A DNA stretch of 64,000 nt from Raillietiella orientalis (taxonomy: Eukaryota). The stretch spans positions 62,001 to 126,000 of the forward strand of contig JAYWIR010000016.1 in assembly GCA_036172245.1 (NCBI GenBank), read 5' to 3'. The position numbers were made by a program, and so were the translations under genes. Shown here in pieces: positions 49,701-61,720 of the stretch. Positions within the stretch are counted from its first letter, which is position 1. Every line of letters begins with the position of its first letter. The notes under the pieces are model-generated. The model worked only from the letters and a program-made list of their open reading frames with translations, was not told where the DNA came from and did not search any database.

Positions 49701-52700
49701 TGGCCCCGCGCCCGCTCAGGTGGAAAGGTCGAACGTGGCGACCCCTATGCCCTGGGCTCATAGGGAGCGCAGGATCGCTTCCCTTCGGGAATGGCGGGCG
49801 TCCGCGGCAGTGCGCGTGAGCCGCCCTTCGCGTCCGAGGACACTCCCAGCTGCGAGTCCATCCGCGAGGCTCCACGCCGCCGCCGCCGCCGGCACCAACG
49901 CCGACACAGAGTGCGCGCTCTGCGGAGGTGGCGGAGGAGGCGGCAAATCCCCCTGGCGCAAGAAGCCTCCGGGGGTTACAGCGGGCGCGCGCTGATCCCC
50001 TCGGACCTTTCCGCCGAAGCAGGGCGGGGAAAAGAAAAAAAAAAAATCGCCCAGAGGTCCGCGGGACGAGCCGCTTCCGGCCGCACGCCGGTTCATCGCC
50101 CGCGCGGAAGCTGCCTCCTCCTGCTGGAGGCGGGGGCATGCCGGACGGCGAAGGCGCGCAGGAGAGGTCCCCTCCTCCCTTCCCCTCCCAACGCGAGATG
50201 GTGTGTGCGCACACTGCCCACGTGCGCTGTCACCAGACAGGGATTCCTTTCCCCATCCCTTGCCCCGGAGAGCGCCCCTCATGTGAGACACGAAGCCCAG
50301 GCGCTGCACGCGTGCGGAAACACCATGATGGACCGAGGGGTCCTGGGTCCACCAGGAAGAGGGAAGGCCGCTCCCTCCCGTAGGGGAGCGCGAGAGACGC
50401 AGGCGGGGTGGGGTGGGAAAGAACAGCATCACTACGGAAGGACGCGCTTAGCTCGCTGAGAAGCTGCCGGCGAAGAGTGAGGGGAGCTGCCCTTCTCTTC
50501 CGCACTTCCCTTTCGTCCTTTGAGCTCCACCAGAGAGTGCGAAGACGCGGTTCCCGCAAGAGCGAACGGAAGGCAAAGGACGAAGTTGAGTCGCCCCAGA
50601 GACAGTGGTGGGAGGAAGCTGTCGTGGCTGCAAGCGTCCGCAGCACGAAGATGAGGACCACAGCCAGTTCCCCTCGTCTCTTCCACCTAACGTTTCCCCC
50701 TCCCCCCCATTCGGGAAATGCCTTCCGGGAGAAAGAGGAAGAGGAAAAATCGACTAGTACTCCCTTCCGCTTGGGTGCTCGTGGGCAGCGGACTTGAGGA
50801 AGACGGGGCAGCAGAGGCACCCCTGCCCCCTCGACAAGAGAATGGAAGCGCCGCTGCCTCCGCACGGGGCCCCTGCCCACCCAATCCAGGGAGGGGGTCG
50901 GATTCCGGAAGGCTCAGAAGACGACCCTGGTGTGATGAGAACGCGAGGGGGAGATAGTTGAGAAGAAAATCTTCCACTGGGGCTCAGAGGAGACCTCCAG
51001 TCAATCGCTGGCGCGAGTCAGCGTGCGTGCGGGCGTTGGAAAGATTCTCCTCCTCTCTCTGGTTCCCACAGCTATGACAAAGTGTTCGGGGAGGGCAAGG
51101 TGGGAACCGAGGGGCAAGGTCGTTTCTAGGGCCACTTCGCCTCCTGGGGCTGTGGACCGACTCCTCGGAGGCTCCACCGAAGTCACCTCCGCCCTTCGAA
51201 GGGGAAGGATAAGGGGGAGAAAGCTTCGAAGCGACTCGCAGTGCTTTGCAGTTCCAGGAAACCACGAGGAGCGAGCTATTCTTCCCCTCCCTTGCGACTG
51301 CCCTCAGGCGATCCCAGAAGTTTCTCTCTTGACGCTGCAATCCCTCCCCTGCTCATTCCTTCGGAAGGAGGGCATGGGACGGTCCTTCCCGAGTGAGCCG
51401 CCCAACGCACTTGAATTTCTCACGTCGAGGAGGCAACCCCGAGGGTGGGGCGGTGCGCCTCGTGATTCCCACCGCGACGCTGCGGAAGGCGGGGGCTCTC
51501 AGGGGCCGACGGGAAGCAGCAGCTGGGGGAGATGAATGCAGGGAGAAGGGGCGGGAGGGGAGGAGGAGGCGAGAGATGCCGCCATTCCTGCTTGCCCAGT
51601 GACTTTGTCTTCCTTCTCCTCTGCACGAGGACTCTTTCGGAGGGGGTGAAGCCACGGTGGTCACAGGAAGCGGACGCAGAGGCCGAAATCGCTTGGCTCT
51701 GTCGAATTCGCTTGCACGGCACACCAGGTCCTCCTTCCCCTCCCTTTTAGACCACGGGACCTGGCCGCGAAAGAGCACGGATGTTCCGGAAAGGGTAGCA
51801 AGCAGATCCGATGAATGTTCAGCATACAGCAGCAACCGGTCGCACGAACTGACCGGATCTCTTCGCCGGGTTCCGAGCAGAGGAACAGAGAGCAACAGCT
51901 TTTATTTAGTTTGGTTTTCCGTCCTTGCTGTTGTTCCCTTTCCCTCTCCCCAATCTTCGTCCTTCTTTCCGCTCTTCCGCCTTTCCATTTTTTTCCTTCC
52001 GCGGTCGCCATTTCCCTGTTTACTCGACTTCGAAGGCGCTCGGTTTTTCTAATCCACCGAGCCCACCACATCCTCCCTTCTCCACCTCCTCATTCGCTAC
52101 TCATCGCTTTCGCGTTCCTCCGTCTCACTACTCCGAGCCACGTCCATCGCTCCCTCCGCATTTTTCCGCGACAGGAGGGCGCGGGTTCTGCGCCGGCCAT
52201 GCCCCATCATCCGTGCGCAACCGGCAGCCCAAGTCCCCCCCCCTCCCCGTGCCAGTCCACTCCGTTTCGCATCCGGGTGGTTTGCTTCTCTGCCTTCTGA
52301 AAAAGAGGTAGAGAACCATCTGCGCCATCCACTCTTTGAAAGCCTGCGAGGAAGACTCGTTTCCTACTCGGATGTTGAGTTCCAACCTCCGAGTAGGAAG
52401 CGAGCCGCGTGACCCCCACGCCACCCACCCCCAACTTCCCCAAGTCGACTTCAATGGACCCCAACTCTCCCTCGAAACGCGATGGGCAATATTTCACGCG
52501 GAATCAAGAGGCTTTCGTCAGACACGTGTTATTATCAGTACGTATGTGCGAGCGCTCAATAAGCCCGTGGATGTCCGTAAATCAGCAGTTTGATGTGCTT
52601 CCAGAAATGCCCGTCAAATTACTAGAGATATGGGCAGTTTTCGGCGAAACAGCTCACCGGTGCATGGACTTAGCTGCGCTATGCAAATTATCATTAACAT

Positions 52701-52939
52701 ACACTCAAGCGTTGAGTTGGAAGGTGAATTAGCTCCGGCGGAAATATAAAAATAAAACGAAACTGAACGGCACAATGGCAATTTTTCGTAAACACTTGAT
52801 GTTTATCAAAAAAAAAAAACAAGACGGAAACGAAAAGAAACTACACTCGTAAAGTATTTTTGTACGTCAGCTTCCATAAACGAACAACATGGCGGTCAAA
52901 CTCCCGCTGCTACGCGTTAGGCTACATGCATGCCATGTT

Positions 52940-55900
52940 ATCAGTTCGATTTTGGGAGGGCTTTTCTTTCCAAGCACCACAGTGTTTCGGAAACCACGAA
53001 TCCGGCCGAGATGTGCACACATGCCGCTGTCACGGCTTATTTATTAGGTTATCCTTAATTAATCTCCGAACAGTTGCTGAAGAGACTGCTGCTCTTCGAT
53101 ACGGATCGTTTTCCCTGCGACGTGCTCGGCCTCTCCCCGCCGCTCCTTCCGCGGCCGGCGTGCTCCATCGCAGCCACCGTCGCCGATTGCCTGTTAGGAG
53201 AAATGAAGTGAAGAGGTGGGCAGCAAGGAGGAGATCGATTAGAAGAAGCAATCGCGGGATGATGGCGATAATCACGCAGTAATCGCTTCCGTCTGCATTC
53301 CTTAGCGAACGAGCAGGCCCGGCCATCGAGCAGTCCCGGTCTCGGCCAAAGAGAAAGCTCGTCCGGGCGGCGTCGGGTGGTTTCGTTTCGAAATGGCGCG
53401 GATCCGCCCCCTGCTTCCCTCCCCCCGACCGATCGGCGAAAGGTCGCGTCCGCGCAGAAGGACCCCCCGCATTCGGCAAGGCTTTTCTCCGACCATCCTC
53501 TTCCTCCTCACTCCACCCCTACTCCGGGACGAGAGCAGGCAGGAGGAAGGCCGACGGGAACCGGAAGAGCCGCTCCGAGAAGCTCCGCCGCGCCCGCTTG
53601 GCGGGCTGAACGAGGTCCTTCCCTTGCTCGCCGCAATGGGATGGACCGCCCGCGAACACTCAAATGGAGCCTCTCTACCTCTGGGAAATCTCCCCGCACC
53701 CGGCATCCGGGGAGGCGACCAAGGACGTTCGACGGCGACCCTTCCATGGACCAGTCCCCGTCCGCGGTCGCGTGCGAGCGATGGGCAGGGGGCCTCCTAC
53801 TCACCACTGACCTCCTCTGGCACCCCCTTGGAGACGCCTTCCCCGGGGTGTCAGGGAACTACCCGTCCCCCTCGAGTTTCCTCTGCAGTTCCGACTGTCG
53901 CCGGGCTAGCCGCTGCTATGGTGCCGGCCGACAGCTCCCTCTTCGCTCCTCCTGGATGACCACCTAGGAAGCACGGCAACCTCCAGCGGGATGCAGCACT
54001 AGGGAGGGACTGCCCTCCCTTCCCTCCCCCCACGAAGACTCCTTCCTCCGCTCCCTGGGCGTCGCCTGCTCTCCTCGGAGCACGCCCGAGGAAGGTCACA
54101 GCGCCTGTTCCCGGAGCGATTTCTCTTCCTCCCTTCCTCGGCGGGAGCAGGAAAGATGCTCCTCTCTTTCCTCCTCCTTCCCCCCGCCCCCTTCCCAGTT
54201 CGAAATCTCCACACTCCCGGCTGTGTGGCCCGAGGGGTTCTCCTATCCCACCAGCGGTCTCGCCCCCTTCCACCAAGGAGGGCAGGAGGAGGCTCTGAGC
54301 AGCTGTCCCGGCGGACGTCCTCGCCCTCCGCAGTTGGGCTGCGACGGAAGTGCCTCCAGCGAAAAAGAGGGCGCGCAAGCCCGCCTACCCCCCCCCCCCT
54401 CTTCCTCGGGGATGCGTTCCGTCTTTCGGACCGAGGGGAAGTTGGGAAAAGCAAGGCATCCAATCCTCCGATCTCTTCGCGGAGCCCAAGCGAACGTTCC
54501 CGGGTGGCTCGCGCGAGGGGGGTGGGTACCGTCGCCGCCCTTCCCGCCCCGCAGTCTCAGCGGCCGCAGCGCCGCCCTCTACTCCTCAGCTGGCCAATAT
54601 CGGCGTCGCTCCCCCTCCGAGCCATGGGGCGGTCAGGTCGGCGTCCAGAAGTGGAGTCGAAAAGGGCTGGGCGGGACGGGGGAGGGGAGCCTCTCTTCGC
54701 TTCTCGGCTTTTTGGCTAAGATCAAAGTGTAGCCGAAAAGAGGAACAGCACTGCTGGTGCGCGCTTTTCCATCCCTCTGCGGCCCACGTCTTCGCGGAGT
54801 CCACCTGCCACTCGCCCCTGGTCCCGGACCACACCGTGCGGGGCTCAGTGGAATGGGGAGACTACGCAGAGACCTCCTCCTCTTCTCCCAGCTGGTCTTG
54901 CGTCCGTAGAGGAGCCCTCACTCCCGCGAGATTTCTCTCCGGCGGGAAGGGGTCGGTCCGGCTTACTCGTCCTTTCCGAGTGGAGCGCCCTCCCCCCGAT
55001 TCTCCTTTCTGGAGGGCAAGTCCTGCCCGAAGGAGGGCCGGAGAGCCCCGAGAGGGAACGTCCCGCACGCTCGCGGCCCGGTCCGGAGTTGGCCGAAGGT
55101 TCTAGTCGCCGCCCCCAGGAGCAAGCGACCCGCTCCGGGCGAAGGGCCAGGGCAGGGAAAGGGGAAGCAGGCGCGTTTTGGAAGGCATGTGGGGGAGTGC
55201 CTCGCACAGAGAACGAACCCCAGGTCTCCTTCCGGATGCCCCCGGGACGCCGTTCAAGGAACTGCGTCCTTCTCCGTCTCCGAGTCCACGGACAGCTCGG
55301 CTGCGTCCCTTCTGGAGAGGTTCCGGAACGAGGGGGAGGGAGAAGGGACAGCCCGTTCCTGGGAAGAAGAAAGGGCCACTCCCATGTGACCCCGACTGCA
55401 CGCCTCCGGGGGAAAAAGGGAGGCGGCGGGTGTGCGCCACCTCCGGACAATAGTCTCTGCCCAGAGCGGCGAAACCTACCTTCCCGTGAACGCGGTTGTC
55501 CAGAACAGCAGCGTCCCCTCTCCGAGTTCGAGTTCGAAAGGGAGGGGGGGAGGGGGAAGGGAACCCGAGAGCAGTCCTGGCTCGCGTCGAGAGGCGAGAG
55601 AAACAGCTGTTTTTCTTGCAAAGGGCACGGCGGGGTGGAGACATCCCCGGGGGGTGGGTGCTGCGGCGGGAGGAACTCCCCTGGAAGGGCGGTGTCGGAG
55701 AGGGATCTACGCGATCTGCCTCCGACGCCCGCATGTCCCCTCCACGAGCAAGAACGTCATGGCACTTGGAAGCAAGGGGATCCGTGGAAGGGAACTCCGC
55801 TAGGGGATAGGGGGCGGAGGAAGGATTCCTCCTCCCCCTTCCTCTTTGGAACCTTTGCAGAGGTGCGCGCGCGCCCGCCTCCTCATCCATCCCCCCAATC

Positions 55901-57450
55901 CTTCCAAGGCGACGGTGCTGCGCCGTCTGCTCTTCGCCGGCGCCTGCGCGAGGGGGAGAAGGTGACGAAGCATGGAATCCATCGCGTCCGGGCGCCTCCT
56001 GGAGTGCCAGAGTTTCTTCGCCTGAGGCAGCAGCAAGCGCGGCGGCCATGCGCCGAGGACCGTCGTCCGGGGATGACGGTGTCGTCGTCTTTCGCCCCCT
56101 GTCAGGGCATCTCTGGGTGCGGGTCGCTTCCTGGGTAGCCACCGCCTCGAGGAGGTGGGAGTTCGCACCGAAGAGCAGGGAAGAAGGACGACCGTCCGTG
56201 GCTCAACTGCGCTCCGACGGACCCGAGACATGAGGCTGGCAGCGGAACAGGTTGCCATGGAGGTCGTTGCCAGCTAGGAGGTGCTCCGGATCCCGAGAAC
56301 CTCGTCTAAGAAGAGCAAGGTCGTCGGAGGAAAGGAGGGCAGCGGCATAGGGCTGGGTGTCACAACGGACCGGGGCCTTCCTTTTTCTCCCGGTCCCCAC
56401 AACGACGCGCGCGCGCCTCCCCCACCGCCCCTGCCGGGGACCGGCTCGGGGGATGCCGCAATGGATCGAAATACCCGCCTCTTCCGGGTTTCGCTTCCCG
56501 CATGAAAGGGGGAGGAGGGGGGGACGCTCCCGTTGAAAGAGAAAGGAGCCCCCTCCATCCATGACGAGAGTACTCCGTAGATCCTGGATAGCAGCGCGCT
56601 TCACCCCTCGGGTGGTGGCACGCAGCGACGCCCTTCGTACGGCGAGCGCCTCCTCCACCCCGCGCCGACTGCGACACCGCCTCTCAGGAAAAGGGCGGCG
56701 GCAATGCCCGGCGATCTCCCTGCTCCACCCGGAAAAGGGCAGCCGCCCGCCTCACGTTGTCAGGATGGTGGCGGCCCTGCGTTTCTCTCCCCCCTCCACC
56801 GAGGGCAGGGGGAGGGGGAGAGGCGCGGAGAGCGTTGCGAGGGCCGTGCTGGCCCGCGGAGGCACCCTGTGTCAGCCCATCGGAAGAACGGAGGGTTGGT
56901 CCGGGCCCAGCGCCCCTCCTGAGAACGTAGTCCCTTCGCGTCGCCGTGGCGCTCCGTCGCGTCAAAGGCTGCTTTCGGGGCGGCCAAGGAGACGCTTCGC
57001 CACGCCGCCCAGAGGGAGAGCGCCGAGCCGCCCTAGACCCCCCCTCGAAGGTCCCCTTCCCGTCCCTCGTCCACGCCCCCTGCCGTCCAGCAGCCCTCGC
57101 TCCGCCTTGCCTTTACCTTCCCACACCGGCACAGAGGGGCTGCGACAGGCCGAGAGCCGAGGAGCGGACGTGGCAACTCGCCCGGAAAAAGCGTAAGTCC
57201 CCTCCGCTACCACGACAGCCCCACACCCTACTCCGTCCCGAGTCGCCTAGCGCGTCGAAGGATACCGACCGAGGTGACAACTGCAGGGCCGTCCTGGGCG
57301 TCTCCGAGCATCAGCAACGCGAGCGCTTCCGCATCGGTGAGAGGGTGGGCAAGGGCCGAGGCTCCCGGAGCTACACGATCCCTCGGAAGCTGACCCGCTC
57401 CGCATATTCGGACCACTCCCGGAGCGCAGCCGCCGCCATCGACGCTCCGG
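52940..57450 (+). pseudogene. Probable class-1 (Sema-1a-like) semaphorin pseudogene
   Basis: Collinear Sema-domain remnants: QCFGNHESGRDVH (~52980) and RLSLINL (~53046); KKQSRDDGDNH (53243; cf. KGKSEDDCQNY); SAVACERWAGG...DLLWHPL..FPGVSGNYP...CSSD (53761-53895; cf. SRVARVC..D.GG...[28 protein letters not shown]); KEEQHCW and FAESTCHSPLVPDHTV (54721-54840); EVVAS*EVLRIP (TAG at 56275); a TM-like VVRMVAALRF (~56755). Frames shift and conserved cysteines are lost. Confidence 0.62.
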
Positions 57451-57799
57451 GATGAGCACGGCATCCCTCGGTCGGGTACACGGGTCGTCCCCTGCTTGGA
57501 AACGGCAGCTTCCGGGAACCACCCGCGAACCAGTGAGAGCTCCCGTGCGAAACGCGGACCCATGAGAGAGGCGCGCCTTCAAAGTGCTTCGTTCGTTCCC
57601 CCTGTAGGGGAGATTTGGGAAGCGTGCCGCTATTGCGTAAGTGGAAGGGATTGGGGACAATCCCTTTGCAAACAATAAACACAACAGCTCCTTTTTGGTG
57701 CTGAACACCGGGATCGGGCGTTGTATGACTTCTTCCAGACGTGCGCAAACACAAAGTGTGCACTGTGAAATGAAACAACAAACAGGTCCTAACGTGCAT

Positions 57800-60700
57800 G
57801 ACCTCATAGGATCACCAGACGAATGTGATGGTTCCGGAAACCGTTCTTGCCAGTGTTCATTCCTGTCAGCGGCAGGAGAGGGTTTCGGATGTCGTCCTTC
57901 GGGAAAAAATCCCCCTTGTTCCGGGCTGACGGCGATGTAGAAAGAGGATTGTCAAGGAAACGCACTTCGGAAGCGCGCACTTGGGGCCTTCGCCGCACCC
58001 CAAGGAAGGAACGGACGGGAAACTGATGGATGGCAGTGGTCGGTCAGCCTCGGCTGTCCCCACGCGAACAACCTCTTGGCTTTCCTTCACGTGAGGTGAA
58101 AGGCGATCGATTCAAAGGAAACTGGTTGAACGCACGGAAAATAGATGGCAGGACGGTCCGGCAGCTGCCGCACGACGCGTGTGCCCTCTCCAGCCGTACC
58201 CAGCACGAAAGAGTTTGAAAGGGAGAGGCAGAGAGGAGGAGGAGAGAAGGTGCGATTTGTGCCGAGATGAGCACATAAGACTGGCAGATTCGAGCATCAG
58301 AACTAATAGGCAAGGTGGGAGGGAGGAGCAAGGAAAACAAGTGCATAACCGAGGTTTCGCTTCTTCTTTCTCTTCTACCGCGGAGAATCCAAACACCGTC
58401 GATCCATTATCTCCGGCCAGCGGATGGAACATGAAGACAACCCGGGCGCGTTTCCGGCGAGGCTCAAGTGCTGAATCAAATTCGCATGTAGAGGAGAATC
58501 TTCAGGAACTTTCCGACACCGCCCGGACTCATGGGGAGCTGCCCGCTCACCGTGTGCATCGGGCGGCGAACGCGAGTCGCGTGCGCTCCTCGACCGAGCT
58601 ACGGCGTCGTGGAGGGAAAAAGGAGACGACGGTGTCCCGTGAACAAACTTTTTGCACGTGAGTGTCCATCACGCCGAGCCGAAGGTCAAGCGCAACCCGA
58701 AGGCCGGAAGTGCAACCCTGCCCTTTCGGGAATCGCAGAGAACGTTCCCGAGCAGAGACACCAACAGCTCCACCCTCCCTCTGGTTCTTCTTAGAAGGGG
58801 CCGGTCGCGCAGCAGCCCCATGATCCCAAGGGGGGGGAGAGAGAGGCCTCGCCTGCCTGCCAACAGGGACTCCCCATCGGCAGTGGGGCGCACGAGAGAA
58901 GGTTCGGCGCTCCCGCTCAGGGACGAGCGCCCCTCCAGAAAGCAGAGGGCGTCGTCGGCCCCTCCGCCGACCGGTGGTGCGCGCGCACGCTGAAGAAAGA
59001 CTTTCCAGCGGCGGCGCGGACGCGGAGGCGTCCACCTCTTCGGCACTTCGCGGTGTGTGGCCAAACGAGCCGCCGCCTACCACGCGGGGAGGCTGCGCGT
59101 AAAAGAGCGCTGCCGGGACGTCCCACCTCCCGCTGGGAAAGTGCTTTCCCTGTCGGCGAGAAACCTGACGTCGTGGACTCCAGCGGAAGAAGCGGAGAAG
59201 CTCCGGGTCGGAAGGGGGGGGGAAGTCACCTTGGAATCCCGGCACTGCCGCTTCACCCGGCTTCCAATGCATCTGCTTCAGACGAAACCACGAGTTCGCG
59301 GCGCCGGGCCGCAAGAGAACGCCCTCCATGCGGCCGCCCCGTTCCTACAGGGCTGCTCGGCTCCTGCGGAGACACTTCCGGGGGTGCCTAGCGGAGGAGA
59401 CAGCTGCGTGCCACCGGGAGGGTCGGAGAGAACGGTGGCCAACGAAGGGGCCTGGTCGGCCACCAGCGCGACGACCTCCTGGCTCCTCAACAGTGAGGGT
59501 TGACCTGACCCGGGGCGTCGGGGCAGCTCGTCTTGCCCCCACCCCAATCCACCCGAGAGCCAGCCTAGCGCTTGCCGCGGGCGAGAGCGGGAACATGCGC
59601 GAGCACGTGACTGCGGACGGACGCGAACGCGACGCCGGCGCCGCACGCAGGCGGCACACGGACGAAGGAATGCGGGCGTCTGCACGTGCCGCGTTCCTCC
59701 GCGTGCGCAAAGTGCGCGCATCCGCCTCAGCGACCCCCATCCCTTCCCCCTCCACCGAGGGGCGTCCGGCCTTCTCCCTTCCTACTGCGGGTGCATCTGC
59801 TCGCTTGTCCCCACGCCCCTCCCGCCACCGTTTTCCTCGGGTCGGGCGCGTAGTTGCCACCACTGGGACGGCCGAGGAAAAAGCGATGATCCCGTTGAAA
59901 GGGAGGATCGGAATGGGGAATGGGGTCGCGCGGTCGGTTGTCGAGGAGCCGACGTCTAGAGACGCGTCCATCCGGCGTGCGCGGTCCCTAGCTGCCAAAG
60001 GTCCTAAATCCGAGGGAGGAAAGATGTGGCTCCGGGAACGAGGAGGGAGGCTTGGGAGAAGGGCGGTGACCACTCCCTGGAGGCTCCTACCCTGCTCGCG
60101 TCTTCGACCCAACGAGAGGGAACAGACCGAGATTTCCCCGCTCCCCTATCTTCCCGGAGTCCGCTCTGCTTCGTCCGCAGCGGCGCTGCCATGTGCGCGC
60201 GGCATCCACCCCGGCAGGAATGCGCACACGCGCCCCAAGGGTGGGGAGTGGAGAATACGGTTCCAAGGGCATTCCGCCTGAAGGTGAACCGAGGGAAGCT
60301 GGGCCCGAGGCACAGGAGCCCTCCAGAAGACGTGGAGTGGGACGCGTGGGTCTCAGCCCATCCACCCTTGCGGCCGTCCCGGGAAGGAGGAGGAGAGTTG
60401 ATACTCGCAGCTGTCCATTGAGATGCAAGCAAGAGGGGAGGAGCTCAGATCGGAGCCAGTCCTGAACCTTTGGGCCTCCGCCCCTCCCTTTCCTTGTGCA
60501 GCGAGTTCCTCAGGGGCTGAGAACCCAGGGAGGAGTCTTCAAGATCCCACGACTTGCATCCCTCGTATTTCGGGGTAAGGAAGGAGGGGACACAGGGGCG
60601 CAGACGCGACACTCTGGGTCGGCGGTGATCAGGCGGACTGGCGCTCGCGCCCTTCCCCTTCGCTACTCGCCCTTTTTTCCGCCCCGAGGTGAAGAAGGGC

Positions 60701-61720
60701 AAAGCATCGGGAAGAGCTAACGTGACTTACTGGCCGCAGAGGGGGGAGACCCTGTTTCCTGCCTACGGCCCCACGCTTGGACGGAACACCTCGTCTCCCT
60801 CCTCACCAGCTCGCTCGCGTAGCCCCGGCGAGCGCGGCCTGGAAGCAGCCGCCGCCTCCGCCGGAAGCAAGACTAGAGTCCGAGGGAGATCGGCGGGGAA
60901 AGCGGAAGAACTCCTGACCTTGGTCCCTGGACCCAGTCGGGTCCGTGACCAGAGTCCCTTTTCCCTTCTCCTTCCCCTCGTGGATCCCCTCTATCATCAG
61001 GAGCGAAAAGGCCGGTCCACGAGAACGCCCCACCCTTGTCCGCTTGTTCGAGGGACTCGGCCCTCGGGCCGCATTCCGCTCTCTTCGACTTCTTCCGGGA
61101 GTCCCCACGACTATGAGCACGTTCTCCACAACCTCCTGAGGGGCAGGAAGAAGGTGGAGCAACTGGAGGAAGGACAGCGTCGGTCCTCTCGTGCTGACCT
61201 CGTCTGCTGACCTCCGGGTCGAGCGATGAGGATCCCGTTTGAAGAGGAAGACCGGGAGAAGGAGCGGAAGACCACCAGCCCTGGGACACCCGTTCGCGGG
61301 GCGCCCAGTGCAAGGAGAGTTCATCCGGAAATCACGGGAAGTCATCCAGAGGGTCCTCTCCGCACACACACAAAGAAGGTCTCTTGCCGTCGGCAGCCAT
61401 TCCTCCCCCCGTCCCATGCCATCCACGTGCCTCCACCTTGCTTTCCGAGGAACCGGGGGGTCGGTCCATAGGGAGTGGATCGGAGTGCGAGCAGCGAGCC
61501 GCTGCCACAGAGCGACCCTTCTCACGGCTCGCCGCTGCAGGGAGCGGAAGCACGCAGCTTTCTCCACCCGAGAGGGTCCTTCTCCCCTCTCTTTCGTCTC
61601 TTTGGTCCAGCCGCTTTGGGACAGCCGCCCAGCTGTCTTTCCCCTACTTTTCTCCCGCTTTGCATCTTGGTGCCCCCACTCTCTGATGTGACCTTTCGCG
61701 GGCGATAGCCCGCCTCCCAC
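57800..61720 (+). pseudogene. Probable Toll-family receptor (LRR-TM-TIR) pseudogene
   Basis: Collinear remnants: N-terminal Cys cluster DECDGSGNRSCQCSF...GCRP (~57820); LRR-like NLQELSD..ELPA (~58500), KVLSLSARNLTS and TLESRHCRFTRLPMHLLQTKP..QENAL..FLQG (59138-59355); juxtamembrane LLLPLVDPLYHQERK...CPLV (~60965-61050). TIR remnants follow: LFDFF/SPHDYEHVLHNLL..VEQLEEG (61080-61175), VQGEFI..IQRV..RRSLAVGS (61308-61400) and EWIGVRAA..HRATL (~61475-61520). Many frameshifts and stops. Confidence 0.72.

Noticed and set aside
54740..54830. Innexin-like HCWC...FAES.C motif
   Set aside because: No flanking transmembrane helices, and the segment fits the collinear semaphorin reading better.
37806..61720. 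Frameshifts as sequencing error, programmed frameshifting or RNA editing of functional genes
   Set aside because: Neighbouring GLS and F-box frames are error-free. The remnants also have deletions and substitutions at invariant residues, with no shared slippery motif.
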